Shown here: positions 25,424 through 39,059 of the stretch, piece by piece
Position numbering within the stretch: the first letter of the stretch is position 1
Layout of the letters: each line of letters starts with the position of its first letter
From: Amphiscolops sp. MND2022
Taxonomy: Eukaryota
Direction of reading: 5' to 3'
NCBI GenBank assembly: GCA_964187785.1
Contig: OZ076409.1
Span: 36,024,001 to 36,088,000 of the forward strand
Length of the DNA stretch: 64,000 nucleotides
Program-made: the position numbers and the translations under genes
Notes under the pieces: generated by a model
What the model was told of the DNA's origin: nothing
The model's input: the letters and a program-made list of their open reading frames with translations, nothing else
Databases searched by the model: none

Positions 25424-27629
25424 GGTTACATGTCAAAATCTCCCAAGTTAAAATCTCCGAGGTTAAAATCTCCTAAAATTAGAATAGTAGAAGCTCATCG
25501 GAAAACAACTTGCCAACCTAATTGAAGGGGAAAGCTGTTCGTTCAAAAACAAAGGCTAACCTCGTTAGTTGTGGAGCAAGAGAATAATAGGCGTCCCAAT
25601 AAAACTGAACGCGTATTGAAACATTGATTTAGCGTTGGGATAATACTTGTCAACAGGTCTCAGAATCACTTTCAATTTAAAATATCACACAGTCAATCAT
25701 CAAAAAACTATTATATTGATTTTGCTCAATTCATTATTATGCACTGCCGAACTGTCAACCATCGCAATAGACCTCAATGACCGCCATTGAGTTAGAAACC
25801 TCAATGTGTTCAAATACAGTTTCTTTTAGGGTCAAATGCAGCCTAAACCTCAAGTTACCGAACAAAATGTTTACTCTTTGTCGTTCGATTCTAAATGTTT
25901 GGAATATATACCCGTCGAAAGTGTGAAGATTTTTTAGCTATATATGTTCCTTCATATGCTGCTTAGCATCTCAAAATAAAAGAATTGATTGCCAAACCTA
26001 ACTGCAAACTTTCAAGGTTTCTAACGATAGCTGAACAGTGTATTTGCTAAAAGGGAGCCATCCTTTGGTCCGAATTTGGCATCCCATCACAAGTATTAAC
26101 GCACTGGGATTAAACTGCTTTTTTGGTCACGTAAATACACTTAGACTGTTCCGGGAGGCTGCAAGGAACGTCAGATCGAAGACGTTAAAAAATGAATTGT
26201 GAATTTTTGCATCAAAATAAATGCAAAATAAAAAAGATTCATAGAGAAATGTTTATCAAGGGAAAGATTCATTGTAAATGCGCCATTGCTCTCAGAAAAC
26301 TCACTTTATCGTCGGAGTTGTAGTGTGAGCAAACTTTCTGAACGAGTTTTTTCAGATGTCGATATCTTCTTCATGTTGGATATATTCTGCTCCAGCCAGT
26401 CCTTGTAGGGCATTGAACTTGTGTACTAGGGAGTCTTTTCAAATCTGGCGCAGAAAGGTCCAGCAATTAGGATGAGTTCCTTGGAACAGCGATTGCAAGC
26501 CAAAATGCCAGCCTTCAGTAGCATTGTTTGTTCGTGCCAAACCTTGTTTTTGGAAAGCGTTGATCTCTGCTTTTTCGAAATCGAGCAAAATTCGGGTGGG
26601 TTGGGCGCGAGGTAGTAAGTTTTTTATTGCAGCTAGCATCCGGTCAGATGTTCTCTCTTATTTGTTTGGGAGAAGAATATATACACAGGGTGGATGTTAT
26701 CCATTGATTATTTTATGGATGTTACCAAGTTGGAAGCAAATCTCAAGGCAAAGTTTGAAAGTACCATCTGCTAACCACAAAGTGTCTAATGAATCCATTA
26801 AAGAACGCTTCCCAAAAATGAGAATTCGATCTTTTTCTTCTTCACCAGTGTCGTGAAGAAAGAAGTCTGCGAACTCCCAGGGCACGTCGAAATGTCTTGT
26901 ATTGGGCATCAAATGTTGCGTCTCGAGACTTTTGCAGCGATGTCTGTTGAGCGCTCTTGTAATAAGGTCTTTTTGGGGATGAAAAGCTGCACTGAAATAT
27001 TATCAGTAACATTTGCCAAGCTCGTCGCAATTGCAACATACATTTGCTGTATATAAAACAGTTTCTTTCATGGCACTGACGAGTTTTCTTGCTTCGGATT
27101 CCCCAGGCACGAAACGGCTACAGTGTTCTTGTGGGTTTTTTGTGATCAAATCACCGCAAAAGATACGTGTCGTTCGGGATTTGAACTGCATGTTGTAGCG
27201 GCAAACTCAGTGGATGGTTGTTTTTGTTTGTTGTTTTTCAGTACTTTCATACGCATTGTAGATCAAGGTATCTTTATTTTTGTTGAAGCGACCGATTTCG
27301 AGATTCATTTTGCACACAAATGATTGTCGAAATGGCAAGATTGTTGGTAATTTCGGTATATTCAGACCTTTTGGTGAATCCAGTGGACCATCTTTGATTG
27401 TCAATTACTTCAATCGCGTAAATGAGAACGGCGTGGCCGTTGTTTTAATTACCTTCACTTATTATTAGTCATTTGGGTAAAAATCTTCCAATGACTGTCT
27501 CAGCTATTAATGCTTAATCAAAGTTACTTTCACACTATGAAATTCAATTTAGGAGAAGAAGACCGAGGAGAATTAGGTCTAGGAGATTTTAGCGTAAGAG
27601 ATTTAGGTCCGAGTTTTGACTATATATCC
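25424..27629 (-). mobile_element. MULE/Mutator-like DNA transposon, degraded
   Basis: Transposase motifs WLADGTFK, LLDFEKAEINAF and RTNNATEGWH (26280-27350). Both ends are imperfect inverted arrays of AAAATCTCC starting GG....GTCAAAA. TSD not recognisable. Confidence 0.8.
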
Positions 27630-27719
27630 AAAGTAAAATTCGCTCTACTAAGGCGATGAAGAGGAGGCAGAGGTTGCGCTTAATCAAAACAATGCGCTGC
27701 ATCCGAATTTTTCCAAGAC

Positions 27720-28340
27720 CGGCGTTATGCAGTACTTTTCTAATGTGAATCTTTTTGGAAATATTCCTTCTCGAAGCCCCCCTCCATTTGCACTAGAAAG
27801 GAAACGTTTTGTGAACATGGAGGACTCACTAGGATTTTCTGCACAATGCGGCAAAATTTTTTTTCCTCAATATTGTGTTTTTGGAAGACTTCCGGTTGAG
27901 CGATGCCGTTTCTCAGTTTTAACAATCTGATTATTTTTTGTATCCTGTGGGACTGATGAGAGTTTTTTCAATTATTTGTGCAAGAGATCTACGGCTTTTT
28001 TCCGCACTATGCGACTTTTTTTCGAAACAGTCATTTTTCGGTAAAAGCACACCCAGTTCCCTAATTTGAACTTTTGACATGAAAAGCGCGTTTTGCGAAT
28101 TTAATGGGTCTCGTTTTGATTTTTTTCCGCACTGTATAATTTTTTATAAGAAAAATTCGACTTCTCCAATTTATTGTTGTTTGCATGTGGAGGAAACGTG
28201 CTTATCGAAGATCGCGTATCCTTCGTGTGTTATTCAGCAATGTAAATTTAATTAAATTAGTGTCTTCTTGCAAGATTTAGAACACTTTACTGTTTTGAAC
28301 CTTGAGTTTTGCGCCACCAGTTGCCGTTCCTGAACGTTGT
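27720..28340 (+). mobile_element. Diverged copy of the Helentron-like non-autonomous repeat family
   Basis: Internal motif TTTCCGCACTATGCGACTTTTT; end TTGAGTTTTGCGCCACCAGTTGCCGTTCCTG resembles the family 3' end. Left boundary uncertain. Confidence 0.45.
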
Positions 28341-28349
28341 TTTTCTTCA

Positions 28350-28880
28350 AGGAATACCGAAAAAAACCTCGGGCGATGGCGGAGCATCCAAATTAAAGGA
28401 ATACATCAACTTTTCCGAATCGAGAAATATCGAAAAAGAAGACTGTACGTCGAGAGTACACAAAACTACGAGGCCAGTTCAACGCGCACTACAAAAACCA
28501 AAGAATTTAGTAATAGTCTAGTGAGAAGACAAGCTATCTCCAACAAAATGTCTTTATAGAACATTGAACGTAATGCAATTCACCATATATCAGGGAATAG
28601 TTTTAACGCCGTTTGAATCACATCCCGGCAAAAAAACTAGAACGGAATTAACAGTTTCAGCAGAAGACTGCAAATCTTTTTTTTCTTCAATTGGCTCGAA
28701 CTATCTGGTTCAACGGAAAGACAATCGAAGAAACCCAACAACGTGTCACGGGGGGGCAGATATCCAAGCCTTTGGTAGTGGCCAGAACGAAAGCGGAAAA
28801 CAACCCGCAAAGCAAAATTCTCTTGGTGAATACACGTTTCAGTTTGTTGAAAAACCATAACAGAAAATCTCCAAAAGCGA
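28350..28880 (+). pseudogene. Gypsy integrase fragment related to Gypsy A
   Basis: GIPKKTSGDGGA..EYINFSESRNIE and MQFTIYQGIVLTPFESHPGKKTRTELT align by eye to ORF 739-1212. Confidence 0.75.
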
Positions 28881-28884
28881 GACT

Positions 28885-29650
28885 TCAACGAAAAGTACAA
28901 ACCGCTGTATGTTTCAACAACGCTTTAATGAAATGGAAATAACAGCCCCAAATTCGAATTTGGGGAAATTCTGTCTCAATAGCATTTCTGAAGCCAAGTT
29001 CGTAATCGCAAGCAATTGCCGTAGTAGCTAGTTCCTTGTTTCTCTGGCGAAGTTTTTCTTGCAAACTTTGAAACATTCTTCGATAAATACCCGTTGTTTT
29101 ATTTTTCAAGAGAGCATAGACAACTGGAATTTTTTGTACAATTGATAAAAAAGCTTCGGGGCTTTATTGAATGTTCATCTGAAAGCAATATTGAACTTTC
29201 ACCCAGCAGGTCAATTTGCCATCCACTGGAGAAAATGATGATGCCCCAATGTCGATCACTTATCAACGAAATCCTTTCGTTTTCGAGCGTTTCGGCCCAC
29301 TGACCTGTTATACTAAGTCCCCTGATACTTCTAGGTAACCTTGGTAATTGTAAGTTACGGTGGCGGTACAAGAATTTTTGATTTCATGAAAGTTTGTATT
29401 AAAGGTGTCGAATTTTGCTGAAATACAACATTTTCATAACTTTCGCTAACCAGTTGTAAAAGATTTCGGTTTATTTCAGCAAAAAAATTCCGTTGCGTTT
29501 CGAGACTTTGACTGTATTGTGCAGTTTCGAAATGATTATGTTCCTGGTACATTTGTGAAATTATTTCGGTAAAATCAAATTTACAAATTAAACACGTTCG
29601 ACAATTAGGATTTATTCAACGTTAGTAAACTTTTTTGCGATATTTGCCAT
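28885..29650 (-). pseudogene. Second MULE transposase remnant
   Basis: NKTTGIYRRMF..IACDYELGFRNAIETEFPQIRIWGCYFHF (MULE D and CxxH motifs); upstream LPRLPRS..TLENERI. Confidence 0.85.
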
Positions 29651-30125
29651 TTCTGATGAAAAAAAAGAATTTTGGTACATTAAATTAACATCTTTGCCCT
29701 TTTTAAAGAGTGTAATTGACATTTGGATAACGCAAACTTAAGCCACCGGTTTGTAAAACAAAAGTTGTTGTCTAAATAAACGCGCGAAATCTGTTCTTCG
29801 ATTTTCGCATGACGCGCATTTTATGGTAAATGGAACTAGTTTCAATTTTATGTTATTTGCTCTTATGCTATTTGTGACGTAATCGTTTTTCTCTACCTCT
29901 GATGACATGGTCCGTGGAATGAATCACTTTGCATTTTCGGGCATTCTGGTATGATATCAAAAGACTACAAAGAGAATTTTTAAAATTCAAAACCGAAAGT
30001 TTTGAGTGAAAAGGATTACCTTAATTTCTTTCTCTCTAAACCAGTGAAGTAGTCGGACTTCGTAATCTGCACGATGATTATCACCTTTTTCAAGGTTAAC
30101 TGAGAATCAAATCTGGCTATATGTT

Positions 30126-33100
30126 TGTTGGAGGAGAACTCAAAAATTTAACACGTTTAGAGAAAGAAACTGTGAACTAATGAAGTACGTATGAACAAAG
30201 CTATTCAGCAAATGAATGCTGAAAACTGTTTTACCTTTAGACTTCTGGCAGGTGTCTAATTGAGATTTCTACTTATTGAAATGATATTATTGTCGTTCAC
30301 AATTTCTTCATGCTCTACAACATCCGCCTTTTTAATTGAGAGAGGGTAGTCTCATCATAAGTCAAAATACAATAACTACAATACTGCTCTAATATTGTAT
30401 TGTATTGCATGTTATGAATGTAAGTAAAGTTTGGTAATAATATTAAATTACATCAATGTTAATGTTAAGATTAACGTTACAAACTTATGTGTTGGGCAAT
30501 GTTAAAGTTTCACTCAGTCTAGCAGCTAGAACTGTTAAAAATTTCCAATTCCAGTGTCATTGCCAAGTCCGCTCTATACTCGCATCACATCAATTCCATA
30601 CCGTTTGGTAGGTACGCGTTTAATCTCCAGTACTCGCGTTGGTTGTCTTCCTTCTTCCATTTTTACCTGAACGTTTGCGGTAGATTGTGTGAATTTGCTC
30701 ATTCCCCTTTGCTGGCGGCTTTTCCGCTTTGGGCACATTTTGGTTTTTTGACTCATGACTACGTCCGGCGCTGCTGGAGGAAATGGTAGTTATCTTCGGG
30801 GCTTCATCGTCATTTTATTCGATTGCGTTTTTTATGGGAAGAGAGTTGTGGCAACTTTTTATCTCTTGTTTGTTTTTGGCTTCTTCACCAGTTCTGGTTT
30901 TGAGTCGCTCGATGTCTCCTGTCTCTCTGTTTCTCTTCACATGAGTTTTTTTCTGTTAACACCTATGATATGTTCCGCTTCGAAAAACTTCTTTCATTTG
31001 TGGAGGCTTCCAATAACAAGGTGATGATGTTCGCAGTTTCCTTCGTGATTTTTTGTATCTTCTTTTTGGAGGCGCCTTCCAACTTTGCGCCTGTCGCTCG
31101 CTCCTTCACCAGCAAGGTAATGTCCAGGTCGTCCTCAAAGTCTCAAGACTCAAACTCTAGCTGGGGATCGGTTTCTGGAACATCCGAGAATTTTGTAACT
31201 ACGTTCGATTTCGTCGTATTTGGCTCCTTTCCCACCTGCTTCTCAAATTGTGATTTTCCATCCATTGTTTTGCTTATTCTCGGCGCGTACACAAAATCTG
31301 ATAAACTTGACTTATCCTTGATTTGTACGATCTGTTTAATTGAGCGTAGTTTTTTTTGATTGTCCGTATTAGTCGCTTGAAATTACCAATTCCCCGGTGA
31401 TCGCGTACTGGGCAGATTGTGTGATTTATTCCGAATTGCTCAAAAAATTGCTTAAATGTATTTTTCATGAATACCGTACTTGGATCTGTTCTTTTAGTTT
31501 TGGGGACACAGTAATTTTACAAGTAACGTTTCAAAAATTCAATCACGTTACCCGCCGTTGATCAATGTATACTTATGCATTTGGTCACTTCGAAAAAAGA
31601 TCGATCGGAATTTATCAGTTTTTTCCGTAATTTGCATCTTGGATTGGTCCCGCAGAATCTGGAGCTATTTCGTCGTTGGCTTCATTAGTTTTTAGTGTTT
31701 TTCCTCCTTGGTTCTGTCTCAGTGTACAATACAATTTCTTGGCACAGCCCTGCTTGGTCGATGACCTCTCTCTGAGACTTAGGCCATCATATGTCGCTAA
31801 ACATGCCTAACACGGGATCCCTACCAGGGTGTCCGTGATGGAGTGGATACATGATTACCGGTCGTATTGATTGCGGATTAACAAGCCGGTTGTCCATTTA
31901 TAAAAACTAAACAAAACCTTTTATAAACTGTGACTAACAGCAGTGCGATGATAGTTTCTTACAATTGCCGTAACCCGCTGGAATAATTTGTCTGCTACAT
32001 AATTAGCTGGCAGACGTTTTTCATTTAGCGCTCGAATTGACGGTCTCTGACTCATTCTCACTTTAACTTTACCAACAATCCGCCTGAGTTAAATTGATTC
32101 CCGCGAACTGCCTGACTCCTGCAATCTGATTAGCCTCTTCGATTTCACTTCTTTCACGTGATTGATGCTCGGTTTCTCAGTTTCAATTTCTGCCGTCTTG
32201 CTGTTGTTGCTTGGCTGCGCGTTCCAAATCATTTCTGCATTTATTGTTAGGCTTTCCGAGTCACTTTGGTTTCTAGAGAGATAGTCTGACATGCCAGAGT
32301 TTTTGCTGCGGCAAGGGCGACTTCAAATTCGAATGGTAAATATCTGTTTATTCATCTAGGTATCAAGCTTGAAATTATTTTATCACCTATAATCAGTTTC
32401 AATACTCACATTAAAGCATTGTGATCAGATACCACTTTAAATCGAACTCTATAAACACAATTTTCAAATGTTCAATTGCCCATATTTTTATAGTATAAAT
32501 ATAATCAGTAAAACAAACTAATAACTTTCAAAATATAAAAGTTCTAGTTCGTTATTTGAGTATTTTTTTCAAAATCTGATAAAAATTGTGAAGCAAAACT
32601 GATCGGATTCCAATTTTCATCCGTTTGCAATTGTTGAAGTATTGCTCCGAGGCCTTGTTCTTCTGGCGTCGCAAATATTTCGAATGTCTTTGTTTCTTTC
32701 AAAAAACGAGAGTTCTACAACTTGTTCAATTTTCTTCTTTTTCATACAATATGCTTTCTCGTGTTGTTTTTCCCATTTCCAGTCCGCATCTTTTTTCAGG
32801 ATTGATCTTAGTGGGTAACTGATCACGACTAGATTAGGGATAACTTTGTTGAACTTTTTGACCGCCCATGAAATTGACCACATTTGTTTTATATTGGTCA
32901 GTCTCAATCTATCGCTTATTCGCTGCCCCTTTGTAATTATAGGAAAATCCGATTTTCTGGTAATTTATACCCTAGCCATTCTCTACTGTCTTGTGCATTG
33001 GTACATTTAACCGCTTTCAATTGCAAGTTTGCCTCGTCCAAAACCCACAGGACTTCTTTCACTTTGTTTAACTGTTCAAGCTTTGTTTCTTTAGTTACAA

Positions 33101-35419
33101 TCAATACGTCATTTATATACACATAGAAACTATTTATTTTGGCAAGTGTGATTTGCATCTTTTGGAAATCAGCTGTAAGACTGTAACATCCCGTAGTGGA
33201 GCGATACGTTTCCGTGGATTTTCCCCTCACGATCTGAAAATGGCAATGGTTCTTGGTATTTCATGCAGCGGTACTTGGCCATTTGCTGAGGTCATGTCAA
33301 CCGACGACCACCAGACCTGCCATCTTTTTAATTTAATTTTTCTTCTGTCATATCAAATAAATTATCTAAAATTGGCATTTGGATTTTATTTTTTGATAAC
33401 GATTCGTTTCGGGATCACGCATCGCGGGCTATTGTAACCAACTTGTATTTGGAGTTCAACTCTAAATACAAGTTGGTTACAATAGCCCGCGATGTGTGAT
33501 CCCTAAATGAATCCTTGTAACAAATGAAAAGTTGGAAGATGGGCATATAGAAAAAGTAAGGAAAGTAAAGAAAATCCAAGATGACGTGTTCATTCAGCCG
33601 ACGGTGATAAGTTATCACCGTCGGCTGAATGATCACGTCATCTTGGATTTTCTTTACTTTCCTTACTTTTTCTAAATGCCCATCTTTCAACTTTTTTGAA
33701 TTTCCTCGTCAACTTGGTTTTTCGGTTGAATTGGGGTTCGCCTGCTTTTTTCCTGAGTAATTCATGCGTTCTCTTTCATTTTGATTTATCTTTCGTATTT
33801 CTTCACTCGACATTTCCGGCTGAACAATTTTGGAAAATCCCTGCCTGTTGTTGAATGAATTGCAGGACTAAGTTTTATTCGGGATTAAACTTCAAGTTTA
33901 GCAAAGAGCAATTAGTCCATCACGTCCAATTAGCGACTTTCCTGTATTCGTTGCTTCTAATACGCTTGCCGTTGATACGGTCACGCCAGCCACTTAAAGT
34001 CTCACGAATTGATATCACAGTATTTCCTGGGGTCTCTTGTTGTAGTCAACGTAGTTTTCGTTTTCAATCATCGGTCTGATTAACACTTATCTTCACCAAT
34101 ACTTTTCTGAAAGACTTTTTTGTCTTTATCAATGATCGCCTTGAAATGTTTGTCAGACATATTTCCTTCAATGTGAAAGGGTTTGCTCCCTTTTCCTTCA
34201 ATGTGAAAGGGTTTGCTCCCTTTTCCTTCAATTCGCAGTTCTAATTGTTCTTCGTTATTATCATTGTCATCAGTACCGTCTTCGTTTGGTTCCTCAATGT
34301 AAATTACTCTTCGCATTCGTTGGCCATCATCTCTGACCTTTAGTCGCTGAACCATGTCTTTTCAGCAACGTGGGGACTTCTTGTTGCAACAACTCCCCAG
34401 ATGACCAGCGATCCTACAGTAACTGCATTTGCAATTGGTGGCTCGACAGTTCTTTTTACGCTCCATTGTGAAGATTGCTTTACCGGGTCTGAAGCACTTC
34501 CGTGTTTTTTTCTAATGCATAGCTCTGTTCGCTCTTATTGATTGGCTTCGACAGTTCTGGCATTTGTGAACCATACAATTTTTAGCGCTTCAACCCTCTT
34601 CGATTGCTGTTGCGATTTCTAGGGCTTGCTCGGGTTCTTTAGATCCTGTGCATATGTTCTTTTGCATCTTTTCATTATTCATGTGTAAATTGAACATTTC
34701 TAGTACTATTGTCGTTGTAATGCAACCGAAATCGCAAACGGCTGCTAGTCCGTTAAGACCTTGCCAGAACTGGTGGGGCGTTTCCTCCCGTTGCTGCATT
34801 CTGACGAAAAATGGATGTCAATCTAACGTTTTGTTTCTTTTTTTCAGGAAGCATCCGTTACACATGTTTATTACTTCATCCGCGTTCAAGTCCCGCAGTC
34901 ATGCATGTGGATATTTATCTTTAAATTGTTGTTTGGTTGCTTCGTCCAGGGACAAATACATCACACCCACCACGTTTTGGTAGCATGATCTTCACCCATA
35001 TCCCCAATAAGTGATCGCGCTCTGAGATTCTGCTCAGTACATATCTCGTCAGCTCTGTGATGAAAATCGAATTTTTCGTCTTTATAGCCACATGAAATAA
35101 ATCTAACCACTTGTCCTATTCCATCGTCGGTTTAGCATTTGCATCATTTCAAAAGACGGGAAGTCCCACGAAAAAAGTTCCCCGAGATGTTGAAGAGTTT
35201 GCTGCTGGATGTTTGGATGTTGTCGCTCGCGGGTGCCATGTTGAATGAGAACTCCAGTAAATTAACAAGTTTATAGGATGGACTTGTGAATTAATGAAAG
35301 ACGTATAAACAAGGCAATTTAGCAAAAGAATGGTGTCAACTGTTTCAGCTTTAGATTTCTAGCAGGCATGTCTTCAAATTTTTATTTTGTTGTTAACAAA
35401 TACTTCGTACTCTATCACA
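30126..35419 (-). mobile_element. Old full-length Ty3/Gypsy retrotransposon C
   Basis: Diverged LTRs at 30126-30322 and 35239-35419; 5-bp TSD ATGTT (30121-30125, 35420-35424); PBS-like TGGCACCC; gag (FWQGLNGLAAVCDFG), RT (YINDVLI), RNase H (CDA) and integrase remnants. Confidence 0.88.
33527..33695. repeat. Near-perfect inverted duplication (~84-bp arms, 1-nt spacer) inside the RT region of Gypsy C
   Basis: ...CAGCCGACGGTGATAA-G-TTATCACCGTCGGCTG..., with about 3 mismatches over the arms. Confidence 0.95.
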
Positions 35420-36195
35420 ATGTTTAGCTGAGAGATTGAAGATTTGAGAATCTTTTTCAGCGGAAAGCCTTAAGTTGATGTATTACAGTTCTTTTTCGCT
35501 GTTGCTTTAATACGTTACCGGACCTACTTATTAAAATCAAAGATGAAAATGATAATTAGTTGATGCTGAATTAAATCAACGGGTTCTCAAAGTATCAATA
35601 TTGGCCGAGAAGTTGGAATTACAAGTTACTGAACAAAAAAAATCAAATCTTACAAATGAAGTTACTGATCTTCGAAAAAAGTTTCCGCGCAAGAAAGACA
35701 TATTAGCACTGCTTGTATCATCTTTTATAAATTTATTTCCCAGGCTTTTCCGTCATCTCCAGGCTTGGATGTGGATATGTGCCGGGTACTAAAGCACTAG
35801 TTTGATTTGGGTGATTCGAAGATTTGTCATCCTCTACGGTGGCTCCAGTTTTGAACTCCAAATATTATAAAGTGCATCCAATGTCGTGTTTTGTTCAAAA
35901 GAAAAACGCAGCTGTACTATCAGAAAAACGGAAGGAACCTCCCCATCACTGAAAGACTTCCCCAAGAGGATTTTGGAACAAAAAAGGCAAGTAACGAACA
36001 GAATCTTATATTAACAACCCAAAACTGCGAAGGATTCCAAAGGAAGTCTTTTTGAAAGATTTCAAAAGAATCATATACAGTCAGAAAGTTGATACAACTC
36101 TCAAACGAACACCCAAATTACCATTCGACGAATGATACTAGACGAATTGATGTCAAAAGAAACTTAGCCGAGGTTGATAAGTTGAACCAGAATAT

Positions 36196-36752
36196 AACAA
36201 GCCGGGAACGGCCCAAGTCGGCGCCATATCTAAGGCTCAAAAATAGCAAAAGGACTTCAAAGTGTCAAGTATTGTCTTCTACAGTACCCGCGTGAGGAAA
36301 AATTTAAAAAAATCCGATTTTTTTGATTTTTTTTTCGAAATTTTTTGGTCTCCGGTAAGTCGCAGAGTGCCGAAAAATTGTAAAAGGGGCCCTTTGGGAG
36401 GTTTTGAACATCCATTCTTATGCAAAATAGAAAAAAATGAAGGGTGGACCCCTTGGAGACTTTAAAAAAAATTGCGAAAAAAGTCTCACAAAGCCGAAAA
36501 AAACCTGCACAAAAAAATTTGATCAAGGACGGGACTCGAACCCACGTCTTCCTACTTGGCAGACCTCAAAAAGCTTAATTAACCTCTATGCCAAGTGCCA
36601 GCAGTGATAGTTAGCGTTGCAGTTACCGTTAGTGCAGTGAAGTCAGCTCACCTATTTATAACTCTTTATAAAATCTGTCAGTTCGTTGGTCTTAAAAAAA
36701 AGAAGTCACTACTATAGTCTGCGTTTTTCTTCGAAAAGCGCCGACTAAAAAA
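36196..36752 (-). mobile_element. Helentron-associated non-autonomous element (HINE/DINE-1-like)
   Basis: Minus strand: T-run, subTIR AGTCGGCGC with a nearby inverted copy, interior, subTIR GCGCCGACT, hairpin GCCG-TTCC-CGGC, then TTGTT. Confidence 0.65.
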
Positions 36753-36973
36753 CAAAGAGATTTTCACTCCAACTAAAAAACACTTCAGCTAAAACACTTC
36801 ACGAATTTTGGAAGCTGCAGGTGGCGGTGCACAATTGTGACCTTAAGGCTCATAAATTGACTCTGAACAAACTACAAAATGAAACAAACTAAGGCTGTGC
36901 GAGTATTCGATCTCGACTCGATACTCGAGGTATTACGTAGTACTCGATACTCGAATGGTCCAATTTGTGTACT

Positions 36974-37189
36974 GGGAACCGTTGAATTGGACGACCGCTC
37001 AGTTAGACGACTGTGCAATTGATCGGTTTTGCACGCATTCCATTTTCAGTTCCGCTCACAACTTGTAATGATTACGTAATCGGAGTCTGTCAGCAGAGAT
37101 GAATCAACCAATAATATTTTAGAAACAGCTGATAGTCGTCCAATTGATCAATCGGTTAGTTGAGCGGTGTCGTCCATTGAGCTAGATTC
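36974..37189. mobile_element. MULE-type MITE nested in the hAT
   Basis: 9-bp TSD TTGTGTACT (36965-36973, 37190-37198); imperfect inverted ends containing GGACGAC / GTCGTCC repeats. Confidence 0.7.
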
Positions 37190-37207
37190 TTGTGTACTCG
37201 GCCCGAG

Positions 37208-38039
37208 GTTCTAGTGTTCAAAGAAGAAAGCGTTGCATGCAGAAATTCGAATTATATGTGCATCAACCAGAATAACTGTTATTTTCTATTTTCTCCAGTG
37301 AAACTTCTATTTCCCCAGTAAAAATGGACATAATCTCTTTAAGTATTTATATCCATATAAAATTCGGACCATGTTTATTATCCACCATCGATTATTTCGG
37401 ACCATGTCATCTATCCCCCCAAACTGCGGCGGTGGGGGGATAAGACAGAAGGTTCAAATACCATAATATCGACATGGTTTGCGCTAAAATTTGGTCCAAT
37501 AAAATAATTTAAGCTGTTTTGGACAATAATATAAAAAAATTAGGGCATTTTTTTACCTGAAGTGTCCAAACAGTTGTGGAGACAATCTTTAAGTCCAAGC
37601 ATTCAAATAATATTCTTTTATTAGTGAAAAATTTTTATTCAAGAACAAAATGTGCTTTCGTTTTTTGGGGGGGCGATTTGAAATTCCCAACAAGGTGTAC
37701 CTGGGGGGGGATAGATGACATGGTCCATTTTTTAAAAGAAAAAATTCAAAAATTGTTTCAAACTGGCCTGACTGGAAATCTTCCAAAACAAGAAGTTAGC
37801 TTCCATTGGAATAGTTTTTCGTTTTTAAATTTTTCAATTTTTTTACTCTTGTTATGTTCGAACTAACTGTTTTTGTGGTGAGGGGTTTGAAAGTTGACAT
37901 TAAATCACGCAAGTAATCAGCACAACTTTTCTGAATTTAGAGTCTAGTTTTGAATTCCAACCAATCAGTGATGATTCTGGTTAGTGCACACTACTATTTG
38001 ATTTCTGCATGCAACGCTTTCTGTTTAGTGAACGGACAC
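37208..38039. mobile_element. MITE with ~80-bp imperfect TIRs, containing a further inverted-repeat element
   Basis: AGAAAGCGTTGCATGCAGAAAT mirrored at both ends; flanked by the direct repeat CTCGGCCCGAG; inner IR GGACCATGTCATCTATCCCCCC (~37400) with its inverse at ~37703-37726. Confidence 0.65.
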
Positions 38040-39059
38040 CTCGGCCCGAGTCGAGTAATTAACAACTGCCGTGTACGTGCACTCAATTTGTTTCGTCCAA
38101 TCAAATTGAAGTTGTAAAATGAATTACTGCCTTTTTATTCGTAATTCTTTAAGCATACAATGAAAGATAACACTATTTCAATTGTCTAAACTTGTTATTC
38201 CCTAATCATTCTTTCTTCTTTATTTTTTCAGTTTATACAAATATGTCTTTTTCATGTCAGTATGGCTGTGCGCAGCCCTGTTTGAGACTTTTTTATCAAA
38301 TGCGAAGACAAAACCAATTGCGTGTGCAATATTTGCAAGCAAGTTTTATCTTGTCAAGATGGAAATACAAAAACGCCGATAAATCACCTAAAGAAAGAAC
38401 ACCCTCAAACTCACAAGCTTGTTATTGAAAAGCAAAGCAAACAAAAAGCCGAAAAGACAAAGAGCAGGGAAAGACAGCTCAAAATTACAGCTCTTACACC
38501 TACAGGCTCAAACACAGCATACGATAAAAAGAGTGGCCGACATTTTGCATTGAACGGAGCTGTGACAAAAATGTTATCCATGGACCTGAGACCTATTTTT
38601 TATGGTTGAAGCTTGGCTTCCAACAAAGGGTCTCCCGAAATGGTCAAGAATGGCACTAGAACTGTGGGGCATTATAACAAAAATTCAAAATGTCTTTCTT
38701 TGAGAAAACGAAACGATCTCGTCCTGAGCCCATACAACAAGGTGAAAATTGTGATGATGAATGGGGTTTATACTTACGGGATCCTCCGATTGATCGCCAG
38801 AAAACGCCTCTAACTTGGTGGGGAGAGAAAGCCAACTTATTCCCCAATCTTGCACCAAAAGCGCAGATGTTACTTCCCATTGCGGCTACTGTAGTACCCA
38901 GTGAACGCCATAGGTCAGATGCGGGAAACACAATCACCAATCGGAGAGAGTCAAAGCATCCAGAAACTTTGTGTGAACTTTTGTTTTTGAGAATTGTTTT
39001 GAAAATACATAGTTATAATTATTTTCAAAAAATACTCGTACTCGACTCGATACTCGGCG

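Noticed and set aside
34163..34231. 30-bp tandem duplication (IEGKGSKPFH twice)
   Set aside because: Real, but an ordinary slippage event in a dead element.
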